DNA of 53,352 nt. It comes from a virus (lineage: Duplodnaviria > Caudoviricetes). The position numbers were made by a program, and so were the translations under genes. The notes below the pieces were generated by a model, which did not search any database, had not been told where the DNA came from, and saw nothing but the letters and a program-made list of their open reading frames with translations. Below are positions 1 through 8,985 of this stretch, in pieces. The stretch is taken from positions 1 through 53,352 of IMG/VR virus record IMGVR_UViG_3300009548_000008; one strand, written 5' to 3'. Position 1 is the stretch's first letter; every line of letters starts with the position of its first letter.

Positions 1-83
1 CCGCCGACGCCGCCCACGCCGCCGCCGCCGCCGCCTACGCCGCCCACGCCGCCGCCGCCGCCGCCGCCGACGCCGCCGCCGCC
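1..83 (+). repeat. Low-complexity (GCC)n repeat with NAC interruptions, encoding poly-Ala
   Basis: GCC runs interrupted by GAC/CAC/TAC, directly visible. Confidence 0.9.
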
Positions 84-179
84 TCAAAAAAGGATCGAGA
101 AAAAGCCCGCGAAGAGATGAAAACCAAGATCGACAAGTGGGTGATTTCCCATCTCAAAAATTGCGAGCAGGTGCACTAA
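3..179 (+). CDS. C-terminal part of an Ala-rich (AAYAA/AADAA-repeat) phage protein, 5'-truncated by the window edge
   Basis: Frame from nt 3 reads ADAAHAAAAAAYAAHAAAAAAADAAAASKKDREKAREEMKTKIDKWVISHLKNCEQVH*; stop TAA at 177-179. Confidence 0.75.
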   Translation, partial: ADAAHAAAAAAYAAHAAAAAAADAAAASKKDREKAREEMKTKIDKWVISHLKNCEQVH

Positions 180-186
180 ATCATGG
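169..186 (+). repeat. 18-bp direct repeat, copy 1 (AGGTGCACTAAATCATGG)
   Basis: Identical to 53230-53247; contains RBS-like AGGTG, stop TAA and start ATG. Confidence 0.85.
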
Positions 187-223
187 TAAACTATAAAAAG
201 GCGGTAAATGAATTGAGCAGGAG

Positions 224-1546
224 TTGATTATTATCACGCAAATCTCAGGCAAAATCGAAGAATGGCAGGAGAACCTTAACGGCAACTTCAACGTCATTCT
301 GGCCGGCCACAAACCGGTATTCGTCAAGCAGGATAAGAACTGGCTCAGGCAGAAGTATCCCGTGGGGAGTTCCGTCGTGGTGTTCTACCAAAACGGCGCG
401 CTCACGTCGATGCGCGGCACCGCAGAGGAATCCGCAACCCCGCCGGCAAAACCGGCAACCCAGGATACGGCAGAAGCACCCAAGGAGAGCCCCCCGGTGC
501 TCGGTATCTTCGACGGCATCAGCAACGGCCAGATCCGCGTTATCTCGGACGGCCAGAAAACCGCCGAAAAATACTCTGCAGATCTTGATCTCCTCAAGAT
601 GCTTGCATCTTCACGGTCCCCCGCGCGGCCCGGCGATCATGTGGGTCTCACGTACGTCGAGACCAAAGCAGGGAAGGTTATCAAGTCATTCGGGCTTGAC
701 CGTCCCGCAGGCGGAACTGTTACAAAGCCCCCGATTAACCCGGGCGTCAACGATACCGCAGAGCGTGCCAAGGTAGCCGGGTTCGAGACCGGAAATGATG
801 TCAAAAAGGAGCAGCAGGTACAGGAACCCGAATTTATACCCCTTGACCTCAACATCTCTCCCGCAGAACTGGCGCAACTCGCAGTCGACGATCCGCCAAA
901 GTTCCACCGTCTCAATACATTCCGCCTCGCCTTCATGGCCTCGCAGAAGGCTATGTTTACCGAGATCCTCCAAGGTACCGGGCGCGAAGGGATCCCTGCT
1001 ATCCTCGAATGGCTCGATAAGGAAACCGATTTCTACACCGCGCCCAGCTCAACAAAGTTCCACGAAGCCCGTGAGGGCGGCCTGCTGTACCATTCACTCA
1101 AGATGTTTGAGCACCTCAAGGAACTTGCAACGATCTTTATGGGAGAGTGGCCCCCGGTAGAATCCCTTGCGATTATCGCACTCCTGCACGATGTCTGCAA
1201 AACGAATTTCTACCGGCTTGAGATCAAGGCCATCCCGCGCCGGGACGAGGAAGGAAAACTCATTCTCTTTGACGGAAAGAAGATCTGGGACGAGACGCCC
1301 GTGTATTCAGTAGAGGACGAGATCCCTCTTGGGCACGGCGAGAAATCCGTGATTCTCCTCCTTCACCACGGGCTAAAACTTACTGATGACGAGATCATGG
1401 CGATCCGCTGGCACATGATGGCGTTTGACGACATCCGGTATTCCTACAATGGAAACGTGGCGATCACGAAGGCGTCGGGAGAAAACCCTCTAATCGTACT
1501 GACGCACATGGCGGATCTGTCCGCGTCATTCCTCGATGTAAGATGA
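224..1546 (+). CDS. HD-domain phosphohydrolase with long N-terminal extension (possibly OB-like folds)
   Basis: DFYTAPSSTKFH..GGLLYHSL, ALLHDVCK, LGHGEKS, AIRWHM, HMAD motifs of the phage HD family; CAGGAG RBS before TTG. Confidence 0.8.
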   Translation: MIIITQISGKIEEWQENLNGNFNVILAGHKPVFVKQDKNWLRQKYPVGSSVVVFYQNGALTSMRGTAEESATPPAKPATQDTAEAPKESPPVLGIFDGISNGQIRVISDGQKTAEKYSADLDLLKMLASSRSPARPGDHVGLTYVETKAGKVIKSFGLDRPAGGTVTKPPINPGVNDTAERAKVAGFETGNDVKKEQQVQEPEFIPLDLNISPAELAQLAVDDPPKFHRLNTFRLAFMASQKAMFTEILQGTGREGIPAILEWLDKETDFYTAPSSTKFHEAREGGLLYHSLKMFEHLKELATIFMGEWPPVESLAIIALLHDVCKTNFYRLEIKAIPRRDEEGKLILFDGKKIWDETPVYSVEDEIPLGHGEKSVILLLHHGLKLTDDEIMAIRWHMMAFDDIRYSYNGNVAITKASGENPLIVLTHMADLSASFLDVR

Positions 1547-1639
1547 ACAAATCCCCAATGAGAGCACAGCCTGACAAGGGCCGGCTTGAGGGACTAAAAC
1601 ACTACGGAGGTAGTTAAAATTTCAAAAAAGGATTTTGAG

Positions 1640-2245
1640 GTGACCGGCCGCATACAGGTGATGGACGGTCAGGAAACGCACATCTGGCGTTTCACCAAGA
1701 CAACGATTGAACACGACGGGAAAGCATCGGATAAAGAGATGGCACTCAAGGCGCTGGCAAATATGAGAACGGTCGTGACAAGCAGCATGGCACAAACCAC
1801 GCTTGACTTCCCCAGCAAGAAAGAGCCGGCCGCCAAAAAACCCGATCCGACCCTCGCGCCCAAATCCGGTGCCGCGCTTCTTGGAGAACCCGAGACGCCC
1901 CCTTGCACCTGCGAGAAAGTAGGCGTTGAGGACAGCAAAGAGGTCTGCCTTGAGTATCTCACCCCCGCCAAGGATTGCCCCGAGGACACCCGCCGCGAAC
2001 GCAACTGTCCGTTTGGCCGGCCCGCAGAAGGGTGGCCGTCCGCAGAACCGCAAGAATCCCCGGCACAGGAGGACAAGACCGGCTGCATCTGCGGATGGTA
2101 CAAGGATGACTGCACGTACAAATCCGGCCCCTGCTCGCAGGAACACCGGACCGCGATGCGGTGCCCCGTTGAGGGAGAAGCCCGGTCAAACAAACCGCGA
2201 GCCAAGCCAGGAACGAAGAAAGAGCCCAAGGGGGACTCTTCATAA
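1640..2245 (+). CDS. Hypothetical Cys/Pro-rich protein
   Basis: ORF in co-directional gene run with repeated CxC...C motifs. Confidence 0.6.
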   Translation: MTGRIQVMDGQETHIWRFTKTTIEHDGKASDKEMALKALANMRTVVTSSMAQTTLDFPSKKEPAAKKPDPTLAPKSGAALLGEPETPPCTCEKVGVEDSKEVCLEYLTPAKDCPEDTRRERNCPFGRPAEGWPSAEPQESPAQEDKTGCICGWYKDDCTYKSGPCSQEHRTAMRCPVEGEARSNKPRAKPGTKKEPKGDSS

Positions 2246-2264
2246 TCCCCTTTACAGCGGAACC

Positions 2265-2459
2265 ATGATCGGATTAATACCTCTTATTCTTCTGCTCCTT
2301 GTTTTCATATGGGGAGCATTCCTGTTCGGGGCATATTCATATGCTACACGAGGAATGACTGATAATTGGGATGCGGTGGTGCTTGCGATCTGCTCATTTA
2401 CTGTTGTGCTTGAATACTCCCTTTTATCCATGTTCATTGCAAAGGCGGTCGGATTATGA
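2265..2459 (+). CDS. Small membrane protein (2 predicted TM helices)
   Basis: MIGLIPLILLLLVFIWGAFLFG...VVLAICSFTVVLEYSLLSMFIAKAVGL; stop overlaps next ATG (ATGA). Confidence 0.6.
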   Translation: MIGLIPLILLLLVFIWGAFLFGAYSYATRGMTDNWDAVVLAICSFTVVLEYSLLSMFIAKAVGL

Positions 2460-2842
2460 CCATCGGTACATTACCATGGGAAGAGATCGGGCGCGATATC
2501 GACCGTGTGATTCACGATCTCTATGGAGAGAAAAAATACCGGTTTGCCAAGATCGGTGAGATCGCCGAAGTGCTGATCGCGGATCCCGGGCGGTATCCGG
2601 ATTTCCACGGACAGGACGCCCCGGTATCCACAAGGACAGCATTTGCGCGGATCAACCATATGCTCGGTGTTGTCCGCAAGTGGAAGGTATATTCCCGGTC
2701 GTTCCGGTCGGTGTACCTGATTCCCGAGGGATATTTCGAGACCGCAACAAAAGGAGGATCCCGCCATGCCAATCCAAGGGTGGCTGCCCGGAAAGTGTTC
2801 CCAGTGCAGCGAACGGACGTACCGGCGGTGCCGGCTACTTGA
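2456..2842 (+). CDS. Hypothetical protein
   Basis: ATGA coupling to upstream ORF. Confidence 0.55.
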   Translation: MTIGTLPWEEIGRDIDRVIHDLYGEKKYRFAKIGEIAEVLIADPGRYPDFHGQDAPVSTRTAFARINHMLGVVRKWKVYSRSFRSVYLIPEGYFETATKGGSRHANPRVAARKVFPVQRTDVPAVPAT

Positions 2843-2859
2843 AAAGGAGGGTGAACCAA

Positions 2860-3537
2860 ATGCAAAAATCAAAAATTGAATGGACAGACGCGACATATAA
2901 CCCGGTCACCGGATGCCTGCATGGGTGCCCGTACTGCTATGCCCGGAAAATAGCCGAGCGATTCCACGGGCCGGCTGGGTTTATTCCGGCATTTCACCCG
3001 GAGCGGTTGCAGGATCCCGGGAAGATGAAAAAACCACAGACGATCTTTGTGTGTAGCATGGCGGATCTTTTCGGGGAATGGGCGCCGGATTCATGGATCG
3101 ATATGGTGTTTGCCGAGATCCAGAAAGCCAAACAGCATACCTACATATTCCTGACGAAAAATCCCAGCCGGTATCAGAAAATCCCGGGCACATACCTCTC
3201 ACAAAATACGTGGTGGGGAACAACAGTGACTGGGGTAAATGACATCGACAGGATCCACGAGCTTCAGTGCCTGCCGGGATACGCGAACAAATTCGTCTCG
3301 TTTGAGCCATTGCTATGGGGAATGCCGCACCTTGACCTGACCGGTATCAAGCAGGTGATCATCGGTGCACAGACCAATCCCGATCATTATGTGGGCCTCG
3401 AATGGGTTCTAAATATCTGCGAGGCAGCAGACCGCGTTGGTGCCAAGGTATTTATGAAAGACAGTCTTTCAGGAAAGTGGCCAGATCGGGAATTGCGCCG
3501 GGAACTGGCATGGCCGATCCACAAAAAGGTGGCATGA
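2860..3537 (+). CDS. Phage gp37/gp68-family (DUF5131) radical-SAM-like protein
   Basis: SKIEWTDATYNPVTGCLHGCPYCYA (CxxxCxxC), IFVCSMADLFG, FLTKNP, FVSFEPLL; AGGAGG RBS. Confidence 0.9.
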   Translation: MQKSKIEWTDATYNPVTGCLHGCPYCYARKIAERFHGPAGFIPAFHPERLQDPGKMKKPQTIFVCSMADLFGEWAPDSWIDMVFAEIQKAKQHTYIFLTKNPSRYQKIPGTYLSQNTWWGTTVTGVNDIDRIHELQCLPGYANKFVSFEPLLWGMPHLDLTGIKQVIIGAQTNPDHYVGLEWVLNICEAADRVGAKVFMKDSLSGKWPDRELRRELAWPIHKKVA

Positions 3538-3671
3538 TGGATCTCACCGCCGAGCAGGTCATCGACGCATGGCAGAAGTGGATGCTGGAAGAGTTCGGGG
3601 CCTTGGAGCAGGTCCGGTATGATCGCGGGATGAAACGGATCGAGGATATCCTCAAGGGAGCGGCACCATGA
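3537..3671 (+). CDS. Small hypothetical protein
   Basis: MDLTAEQVIDAWQKWMLEEFG...; overlaps the upstream stop. Confidence 0.55.
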   Translation: MDLTAEQVIDAWQKWMLEEFGALEQVRYDRGMKRIEDILKGAAP

Positions 3672-3769
3672 CCAACCTCGAATTTAAACCGCACCCCCAA
3701 GGCCACTCGAAAACCCACGAGATCCTTTGTTATAAATGCCTAGCAAATAACAAAGGTGGATCCCAATGA
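3668..3769 (+). CDS. Microprotein (33 aa, CxxC)
   Basis: MTNLEFKPHPQGHSKTHEILCYKCLANNKGGSQ; ATGA overlaps at both ends. Confidence 0.5.
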   Translation: MTNLEFKPHPQGHSKTHEILCYKCLANNKGGSQ

Positions 3770-3852
3770 CCCGCAGCGATTGGGAAGCCCTGATAGCCGC
3801 CACGGTTCTGATGATCATAATCCTAGTTATCCTGTACTGGGGGTTATCATGA
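3766..3852 (+). CDS. Single-TM microprotein (28 aa)
   Basis: MTRSDWEALIAATVLMIIILVILYWGLS; AGGTGG RBS, ATGA overlaps. Confidence 0.55.
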   Translation: MTRSDWEALIAATVLMIIILVILYWGLS

Positions 3853-3955
3853 CCAGTACCACAGAGGCAGATCCGGAGTGTGCATCTCAATGACCGAGTA
3901 CCCCGACGCGACCAGATGGATCGATGCCCATTCCACCGCAAGAAGGAGATTGTAG

Positions 3956-4060
3956 ATGTCACCAACGCGTGAGATCCTCGTGATCGAGATCGTGATCCTG
4001 GTTCTTGCGGCCGTATCGTTCGGCCTGTGGACGGCGCACTGGCTCAGGTGGATCCCGTGA
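3956..4060 (+). CDS. Single-TM microprotein (34 aa)
   Basis: MSPTREILVIEIVILVLAAVSFGLWTAHWLRWIP; AAGGAG RBS; GTGA overlap with the resolvase. Confidence 0.55.
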   Translation: MSPTREILVIEIVILVLAAVSFGLWTAHWLRWIP

Positions 4061-4503
4061 CAATCACTAAAGCCGAACGCGGATACGTTGCCGAGGATCG
4101 GTGTCTCAAGGATCTGCGCCGCATGGGATTCTGGGCGCACCGGGCGTATGCCTCGAAAGGCAGTCATGGGTTTGACGTAATCGCCATGAACGAGACATGG
4201 ACGCTGCTTGTTCAGGTCAAGCGGTCAAAAGTTCCTATACGGGACGTTGAGAACTACGCGCATTTCCAGAAGGATATTGCGGCCCTCAAGGAGATCCCGC
4301 ACAACACCCGGGCCGTCCCGATGCTCTGGGTCTGGGTCGACACGCAGGCCAAAACAGCAAAACGGCCATGGCAACCCGGGCACTGGCGGTATTTCAGCGT
4401 GTTCAAGATCGGCCTCATCGAAATTGATTTCCAAGGTGATCCTCGTGGTAAAGCACCAGCCAGTCAGCCAAGCGAACCTGCTGATCCAAAACCGACAGGC
4501 TGA
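4057..4503 (+). CDS. hjc: Archaeal-type Holliday junction resolvase (Hjc-like, PD-(D/E)xK)
   Basis: RGYVAEDR..L..MGFWAHRAYASKG...DVIAM...LLVQVK fits the Hjc pattern G..E...GF...R...SG..D..A....(E/Q)VK. Confidence 0.7.
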   Translation: MTITKAERGYVAEDRCLKDLRRMGFWAHRAYASKGSHGFDVIAMNETWTLLVQVKRSKVPIRDVENYAHFQKDIAALKEIPHNTRAVPMLWVWVDTQAKTAKRPWQPGHWRYFSVFKIGLIEIDFQGDPRGKAPASQPSEPADPKPTG

Positions 4504-4969
4504 TAATCATGTCCTGTGGAAATCGGATCCTTGGCTCTGGTATCGGCTCATTTTTCTTTGGGCACCCGATCAAAAGGGCGGCTGCGCGTGGTGTGGCAAC
4601 TGGAGTACAGCTCTCGTTGTCTGCCACCCCGGGGACAGTCAGCTCTATCAGGATAAGGAAGTTTACAATAACTTTCGTGCCTGCGGCTGCTATCTCCTCT
4701 GTCATTCGTGTGCACAGGCAGAACGTCAGGGTAAAATCATATGCCCTCGTTGTCGCCGGGTGTGCCATTATATTCCGGCGGGAATAGACGGTAAAGGCGA
4801 TGGGGCCGTATGCTGGGACTGCAAAAGCCCCGGAGAGAAAGAACGGCTTAAGTTCAACAAGGAACACCGGACCCGGACCCGAGCGGAACGAGACCGGGAA
4901 ACATACAAACGGTTTCACCCGACTATCAAACGGGTGATCAATGGAGTATGGAGGACGATTCAACGATGA
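4445..4969 (+). CDS. Multi-CxxC zinc-binding protein, possibly HNH-like
   Basis: CAWC..H..LLCHSC, CPRC, CWDC motifs; AGGTGA RBS before GTG. Confidence 0.55.
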   Translation: MVKHQPVSQANLLIQNRQADNHVLWKSDPWLWYRLIFLWAPDQKGGCAWCGNWSTALVVCHPGDSQLYQDKEVYNNFRACGCYLLCHSCAQAERQGKIICPRCRRVCHYIPAGIDGKGDGAVCWDCKSPGEKERLKFNKEHRTRTRAERDRETYKRFHPTIKRVINGVWRTIQR

Positions 4970-5409
4970 ACAACCTACAAGGCCCAACGCTCGCGGATCT
5001 CGCGGGAGAACGCCGGATCCGGAAACTTGAGGATACCCGGCTGAACATTCAGGAGAACATCCTGGCCGCGCTGGATAAAATCGCGTGCATTGATCATGAG
5101 ATTATCGATGAGAAGAAAAAAATCGGGTTGATTGACACCCTTACCGGAATCGAAAGCGAATTTAAGATCAACGGAGTGTATCTCCCCAAAGATGCCTTCT
5201 TGTATTGCCCGGAATGCCGGCGCGTCTCCGTGGTAAAGGAATGCGACGGGTGGCCCACATGCCCCGTCCATGGTGCCACGTTGGCACTCATGATACTTTC
5301 CGTATGGACTGATCCCCTCACGCACGAACGGGTTTACCTCAAGTTATCCCCGATTACCGGACAAGAGAAAACCGCAAAAATCACCCGGATTATCCCCGGT
5401 CGAGAGTGA
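4966..5409 (+). CDS. Coiled-coil plus zinc-ribbon hypothetical protein
   Basis: CPEC...CPVH; GGAGG RBS; ATGA overlap. Confidence 0.6.
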   Translation: MNNLQGPTLADLAGERRIRKLEDTRLNIQENILAALDKIACIDHEIIDEKKKIGLIDTLTGIESEFKINGVYLPKDAFLYCPECRRVSVVKECDGWPTCPVHGATLALMILSVWTDPLTHERVYLKLSPITGQEKTAKITRIIPGRE

Positions 5410-5415
5410 TTAAAT

Positions 5416-5742
5416 GTGACGGAATTAGAAAAGATCATCGCCGGCATTGAGAAACTTCTTAATGACATACCGGAGTACGAATACGGACCACCCCATATGG
5501 TCATGCTGCGCCCCGAGACCTACGCGATCCTTGCGCCGCAACTCAAAAAGCGGGTGAGTACCGGCGGGGTTGAACTGGTCATGCATAACCTCGATATTCC
5601 GATCGTGTGCTGGCGACCGGACCCACTCAACCCCCAACCGTGCCCGATCCCGGAGGGCGAGGCATGGCTGATCAAGTTGCCAAAGATCCCGGCCGTTGTG
5701 ATTGACGAGACACAAAATTACATGTGGTCACGGGAACGGTGA
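5416..5742 (+). CDS. Hypothetical protein
   Basis: ORF in contiguous + strand run. Confidence 0.55.
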   Translation: MTELEKIIAGIEKLLNDIPEYEYGPPHMVMLRPETYAILAPQLKKRVSTGGVELVMHNLDIPIVCWRPDPLNPQPCPIPEGEAWLIKLPKIPAVVIDETQNYMWSRER

Positions 5743-5746
5743 GGGA

Positions 5747-6019
5747 ATGCCCATGGTTAAGTACGTCATGTGCACAAAATGCCACCTCATCGGGACGCTC
5801 AGCCAGAAACAGGATGTCTACGAGACGCCCTGCCCCGGGTGCGGCCATACGCTGGTACGCATCCACCCGGACGATTTCAACGAGCTCTTGTATCGCGCCG
5901 ACGTTCCCGCGATGAGAAGATGCTTCAACGACGATTTCCTGCGGTGGCGGCAGGTACAGGTACGCGCAAAGTACCGGGGTATTATTCCCGGGGTGAGAAT
6001 TCTCTCCGAAACCTTTTAG
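5747..6019 (+). CDS. Zinc-ribbon protein
   Basis: CTKC...CPGC; GGTGAGG RBS. Confidence 0.55.
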   Translation: MPMVKYVMCTKCHLIGTLSQKQDVYETPCPGCGHTLVRIHPDDFNELLYRADVPAMRRCFNDDFLRWRQVQVRAKYRGIIPGVRILSETF

Positions 6020-6061
6020 GTGATGGAGTGTTACAGGATTAAAAAGGAGGATTGATCGAAA

Positions 6062-6364
6062 ATGTCTGATTATCTGGATAAGGAAGCGGTGCTCAAGGCG
6101 TGGGAAGATACAGTCAATGTTCCCGGTACCGAATGTATGATTAAGAGAGTACAGCGCGGGGAGTTTGATGATCTCGTGGCACGTACCCATCCCGACATGG
6201 CAAAAGACATCGCGAGTCTTGCCCTGCGAGTGGAAGCAGTCGAACAAAAACATCTCATGGATGACAGCCGGCTGAATACACAGGAGGGTCATATCGACCG
6301 GTTGGAAACAGCCCTGAAAGCACTACAGGAAGAGGTCGCCGGGATCCGGAGACATATGCCATGA
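6062..6364 (+). CDS. Coiled-coil hypothetical protein
   Basis: AGGAGG RBS; heptad-rich C-terminus. Confidence 0.65.
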   Translation: MSDYLDKEAVLKAWEDTVNVPGTECMIKRVQRGEFDDLVARTHPDMAKDIASLALRVEAVEQKHLMDDSRLNTQEGHIDRLETALKALQEEVAGIRRHMP

Positions 6365-7422
6365 CAGAGCAGCCGAAGGAATACATCATCACGGAAGATC
6401 AGATAAAAGGTCTTTCTTTTGTTGCTGCCACGAATCCTATTTCAGATTGTGACAAAGTCCTCTCAATAATATCCGAAATATACTCCCGCCCGGTCAGCAC
6501 CTCGCCAGAGAGAGCCGCGTCGGAACCAACTCACTGCATCCACGAATGTGTATGTTCTTTCTACGAAAATCGGAAAGGTGTTTTGAGCAAAGAACCCTGC
6601 GATTTAAACAGCCTATCGGCATGTCCACATTCGAATAGTGGTCATGACGACGCCGCGATAGAGCAGGCAGCCCGGGAGAAAGTGCTGGAAGAAAATATGG
6701 CATTAATCCGCGACGTTATCTCAAAAGATCAGTCCGGTCTTGCAGAAGCATTGGCAAAAATACGAACTCTCGCAAAAGGATACGATTGGATCCCGGACGG
6801 AGAATGGGGAAGTTACGACTATACGCAGCGTACAGTAGAAACGCTCCAAAAAGAATGTGGGTATCTTCTGGCCGAAATTGAAAAGATTGCATACGAGGGA
6901 TTGCGAGATTCTGGAAACCGAGTTATTGCGCATGTTCAGTCCTGCGAAGAATCCTTAATTTCCAACCAACTGGCACAGAAAGCACATGAGCCGGAATCAT
7001 TCATCTGCGCAAACAACAAGTGTCTAATTTTGGGGTGTATCCATCGGGGAGTTCATCAACACAATGAGCAGTGTGATCGATATGGGCACACCACCTGCCA
7101 GAAGTGCGTCCCGGTCAAAGATTCAGTCTCGCAACCAAGTCCAGTACCTACAAGTGGCACGGGTACGGCTCTGGAAGGTGCGACGGTTGAGCATATGCAG
7201 ACAGAAAGGACTTGTAAGATATGTAAGCATCCAACCTGTCCACAGCGAACAACCTCTTCAAATGCGTACAAAGTTTGTATAGCGGATGGAAGTTTCGTGG
7301 ATAAAGAACCGGAACAAGACGAGTGCACCTATCCCGGCATGGCAAAGGACATCGAGGATCTGTGTGGTCGTGTGAAGATCCTTGAAGAGCGAGTGGATAC
7401 CAATGACCGATCCATTCTTTAA
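6361..7422 (+). CDS. Mosaic Cys-rich hypothetical protein
   Basis: Several small Cys clusters; C-terminal segment shared with the upstream gene. Confidence 0.6.
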   Translation: MTEQPKEYIITEDQIKGLSFVAATNPISDCDKVLSIISEIYSRPVSTSPERAASEPTHCIHECVCSFYENRKGVLSKEPCDLNSLSACPHSNSGHDDAAIEQAAREKVLEENMALIRDVISKDQSGLAEALAKIRTLAKGYDWIPDGEWGSYDYTQRTVETLQKECGYLLAEIEKIAYEGLRDSGNRVIAHVQSCEESLISNQLAQKAHEPESFICANNKCLILGCIHRGVHQHNEQCDRYGHTTCQKCVPVKDSVSQPSPVPTSGTGTALEGATVEHMQTERTCKICKHPTCPQRTTSSNAYKVCIADGSFVDKEPEQDECTYPGMAKDIEDLCGRVKILEERVDTNDRSIL

Positions 7423-7518
7423 ATGTTATATTTGCCCACACGATCCAGAAACGTGCAATCCGCCATATGATTGCCCGGAAGAGGAACAGAAGGAGACCGG
7501 TACAGTGGAGGAAAGGAA

Positions 7519-7782
7519 ATGAATCAGAAATACATTGCCGAATCCCTTTTACAATTACCAGAAAAAATCCATGTCATTAAAATTGACGCATTTGGTGACA
7601 ATATTGAATTGATGCTACAATTCGCGGAGAATATTGATGACGCGGTTAAACAAACTCACTGGTGGTTTGATCATCAAAAAACGTTTAAACGAGCAAGAAT
7701 TTGCGGAATGAATGGCACAACTATCGAATTTATAAAAGACAAGACCCGCACCACAGGGGCAGATTCGGAGCGTGGGGGGTGA
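7519..7782 (+). CDS. Hypothetical protein
   Basis: GGAGG RBS, AT-rich ORF. Confidence 0.55.
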   Translation: MNQKYIAESLLQLPEKIHVIKIDAFGDNIELMLQFAENIDDAVKQTHWWFDHQKTFKRARICGMNGTTIEFIKDKTRTTGADSERGG

Positions 7783-7791
7783 GGTGATTCC

Positions 7792-8088
7792 ATGATCAAC
7801 GCTGACGAAATGATGATGATATTCAAATCAGTCGGATGGTTTGAGAAAGGCCGGTGGGTCACGCCGTACTCGCAGATGCGGGAACGCATGGGAGAGATCC
7901 CCGTGCAGAAATACGAGCTGATCCAGCACGACGCCGAACCGATTTTCAAAGCCGGCGCCTGCATAGGGTACCGGAACGTCGAAACCGTGATCGGGATCTT
8001 CACCGCAGAGGAGATCGATATCATCCACGGGGATACCGTCGAGATGCAGGAACAGATGAGCCGGACCGAAATCCGGTCCCTCCCATAA
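7792..8088 (+). CDS. Hypothetical protein
   Basis: GAGGTGA RBS. Confidence 0.6.
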   Translation: MINADEMMMIFKSVGWFEKGRWVTPYSQMRERMGEIPVQKYELIQHDAEPIFKAGACIGYRNVETVIGIFTAEEIDIIHGDTVEMQEQMSRTEIRSLP

Positions 8089-8106
8089 CACAAAGTCTTT
8101 TCTTGT

Positions 8107-8478
8107 ATGCGTGTTACAGAGAATACATTAATGGCAGAAACCGCTCTTACGCCAAAAGAACTCAAGGAGGGTAAAAACATCCGGATTCTTGCGGGCAACC
8201 TCCTTGCATTACGGGAGATTGATGAAAGCCCCAACAGCGCTATCGCACGGATGCTGGAAGAGAACAAGCAGCTTCGCGCGCAGATCGAAACCCTCTCGAA
8301 AATGCCCCCCGGGGGGACCGGCGCCGCAATCGACCCGGAGGCCATTCGGTCCATCGTCAACGACTGTCTCAAGATCCCGGTGGATAACCTGATGAAACGC
8401 ACATTCACCGCAGAGCAGATCGGAAATATCATGCACGGCAAGCTCAACGAAATACTCGAGCCCTTCATGGAGCACTGA
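8107..8478 (+). CDS. Hypothetical protein, possibly DNA-binding
   Basis: ORF in run; start may instead be ATG 8131. Confidence 0.55.
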   Translation: MRVTENTLMAETALTPKELKEGKNIRILAGNLLALREIDESPNSAIARMLEENKQLRAQIETLSKMPPGGTGAAIDPEAIRSIVNDCLKIPVDNLMKRTFTAEQIGNIMHGKLNEILEPFMEH

Positions 8479-8483
8479 TCATT

Positions 8484-8858
8484 ATGGTAGAACCGAAGAA
8501 ATCACTCAAAATCAAAAAACCCGCGCAGAAAGAAGATCAACTCGCAACTCCGGCCGCAAAGGCAGATGTGCCCGCCAAACCGGAAACTCTGGAAAAAACG
8601 GTCACCCCCGCGTCTGTAACCCCGGCAACACAACCCGCGAAATCTCCGCAACCCGATATCGTCGTGCCGCCAAAAGTGGTACCCGTAGGACCGCGCACCG
8701 CCCTGATCAAAGACGGGATCATCCCATCGACGCCAGGCCACAGTATTATCATTGCCAACCAGAACGTATTTCGGCATACCGAGGAGCACGGCACCCCCGC
8801 AGCCACCCACAAGGCCGTTATTTCGCCCGACGATAACAAGGTTCTCCGGGGCAATTAG
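8484..8858 (+). CDS. Pro/Ala/Lys-rich hypothetical protein
   Basis: GGAG RBS; low-complexity N-terminal half. Confidence 0.55.
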   Translation: MVEPKKSLKIKKPAQKEDQLATPAAKADVPAKPETLEKTVTPASVTPATQPAKSPQPDIVVPPKVVPVGPRTALIKDGIIPSTPGHSIIIANQNVFRHTEEHGTPAATHKAVISPDDNKVLRGN

Positions 8859-8985
8859 GTATGCCGGAAAAACCGCTTGAATCAGAGGACGAACCCGGCC
8901 TGCCGCAAAAAAAGATTTTCCACGGGGCCCGGCTGACCAAAAAGGAGAAAGACGAGATCAAGAAAGTGGACGTACCGGAGGAATA

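Noticed and set aside
2860-3537. DUF5131 protein as part of a complete DNA hypermodification pathway
   Set aside because: No partner genes (three-Cys-motif partner, queuosine/dpd enzymes) are recognisable in the window.
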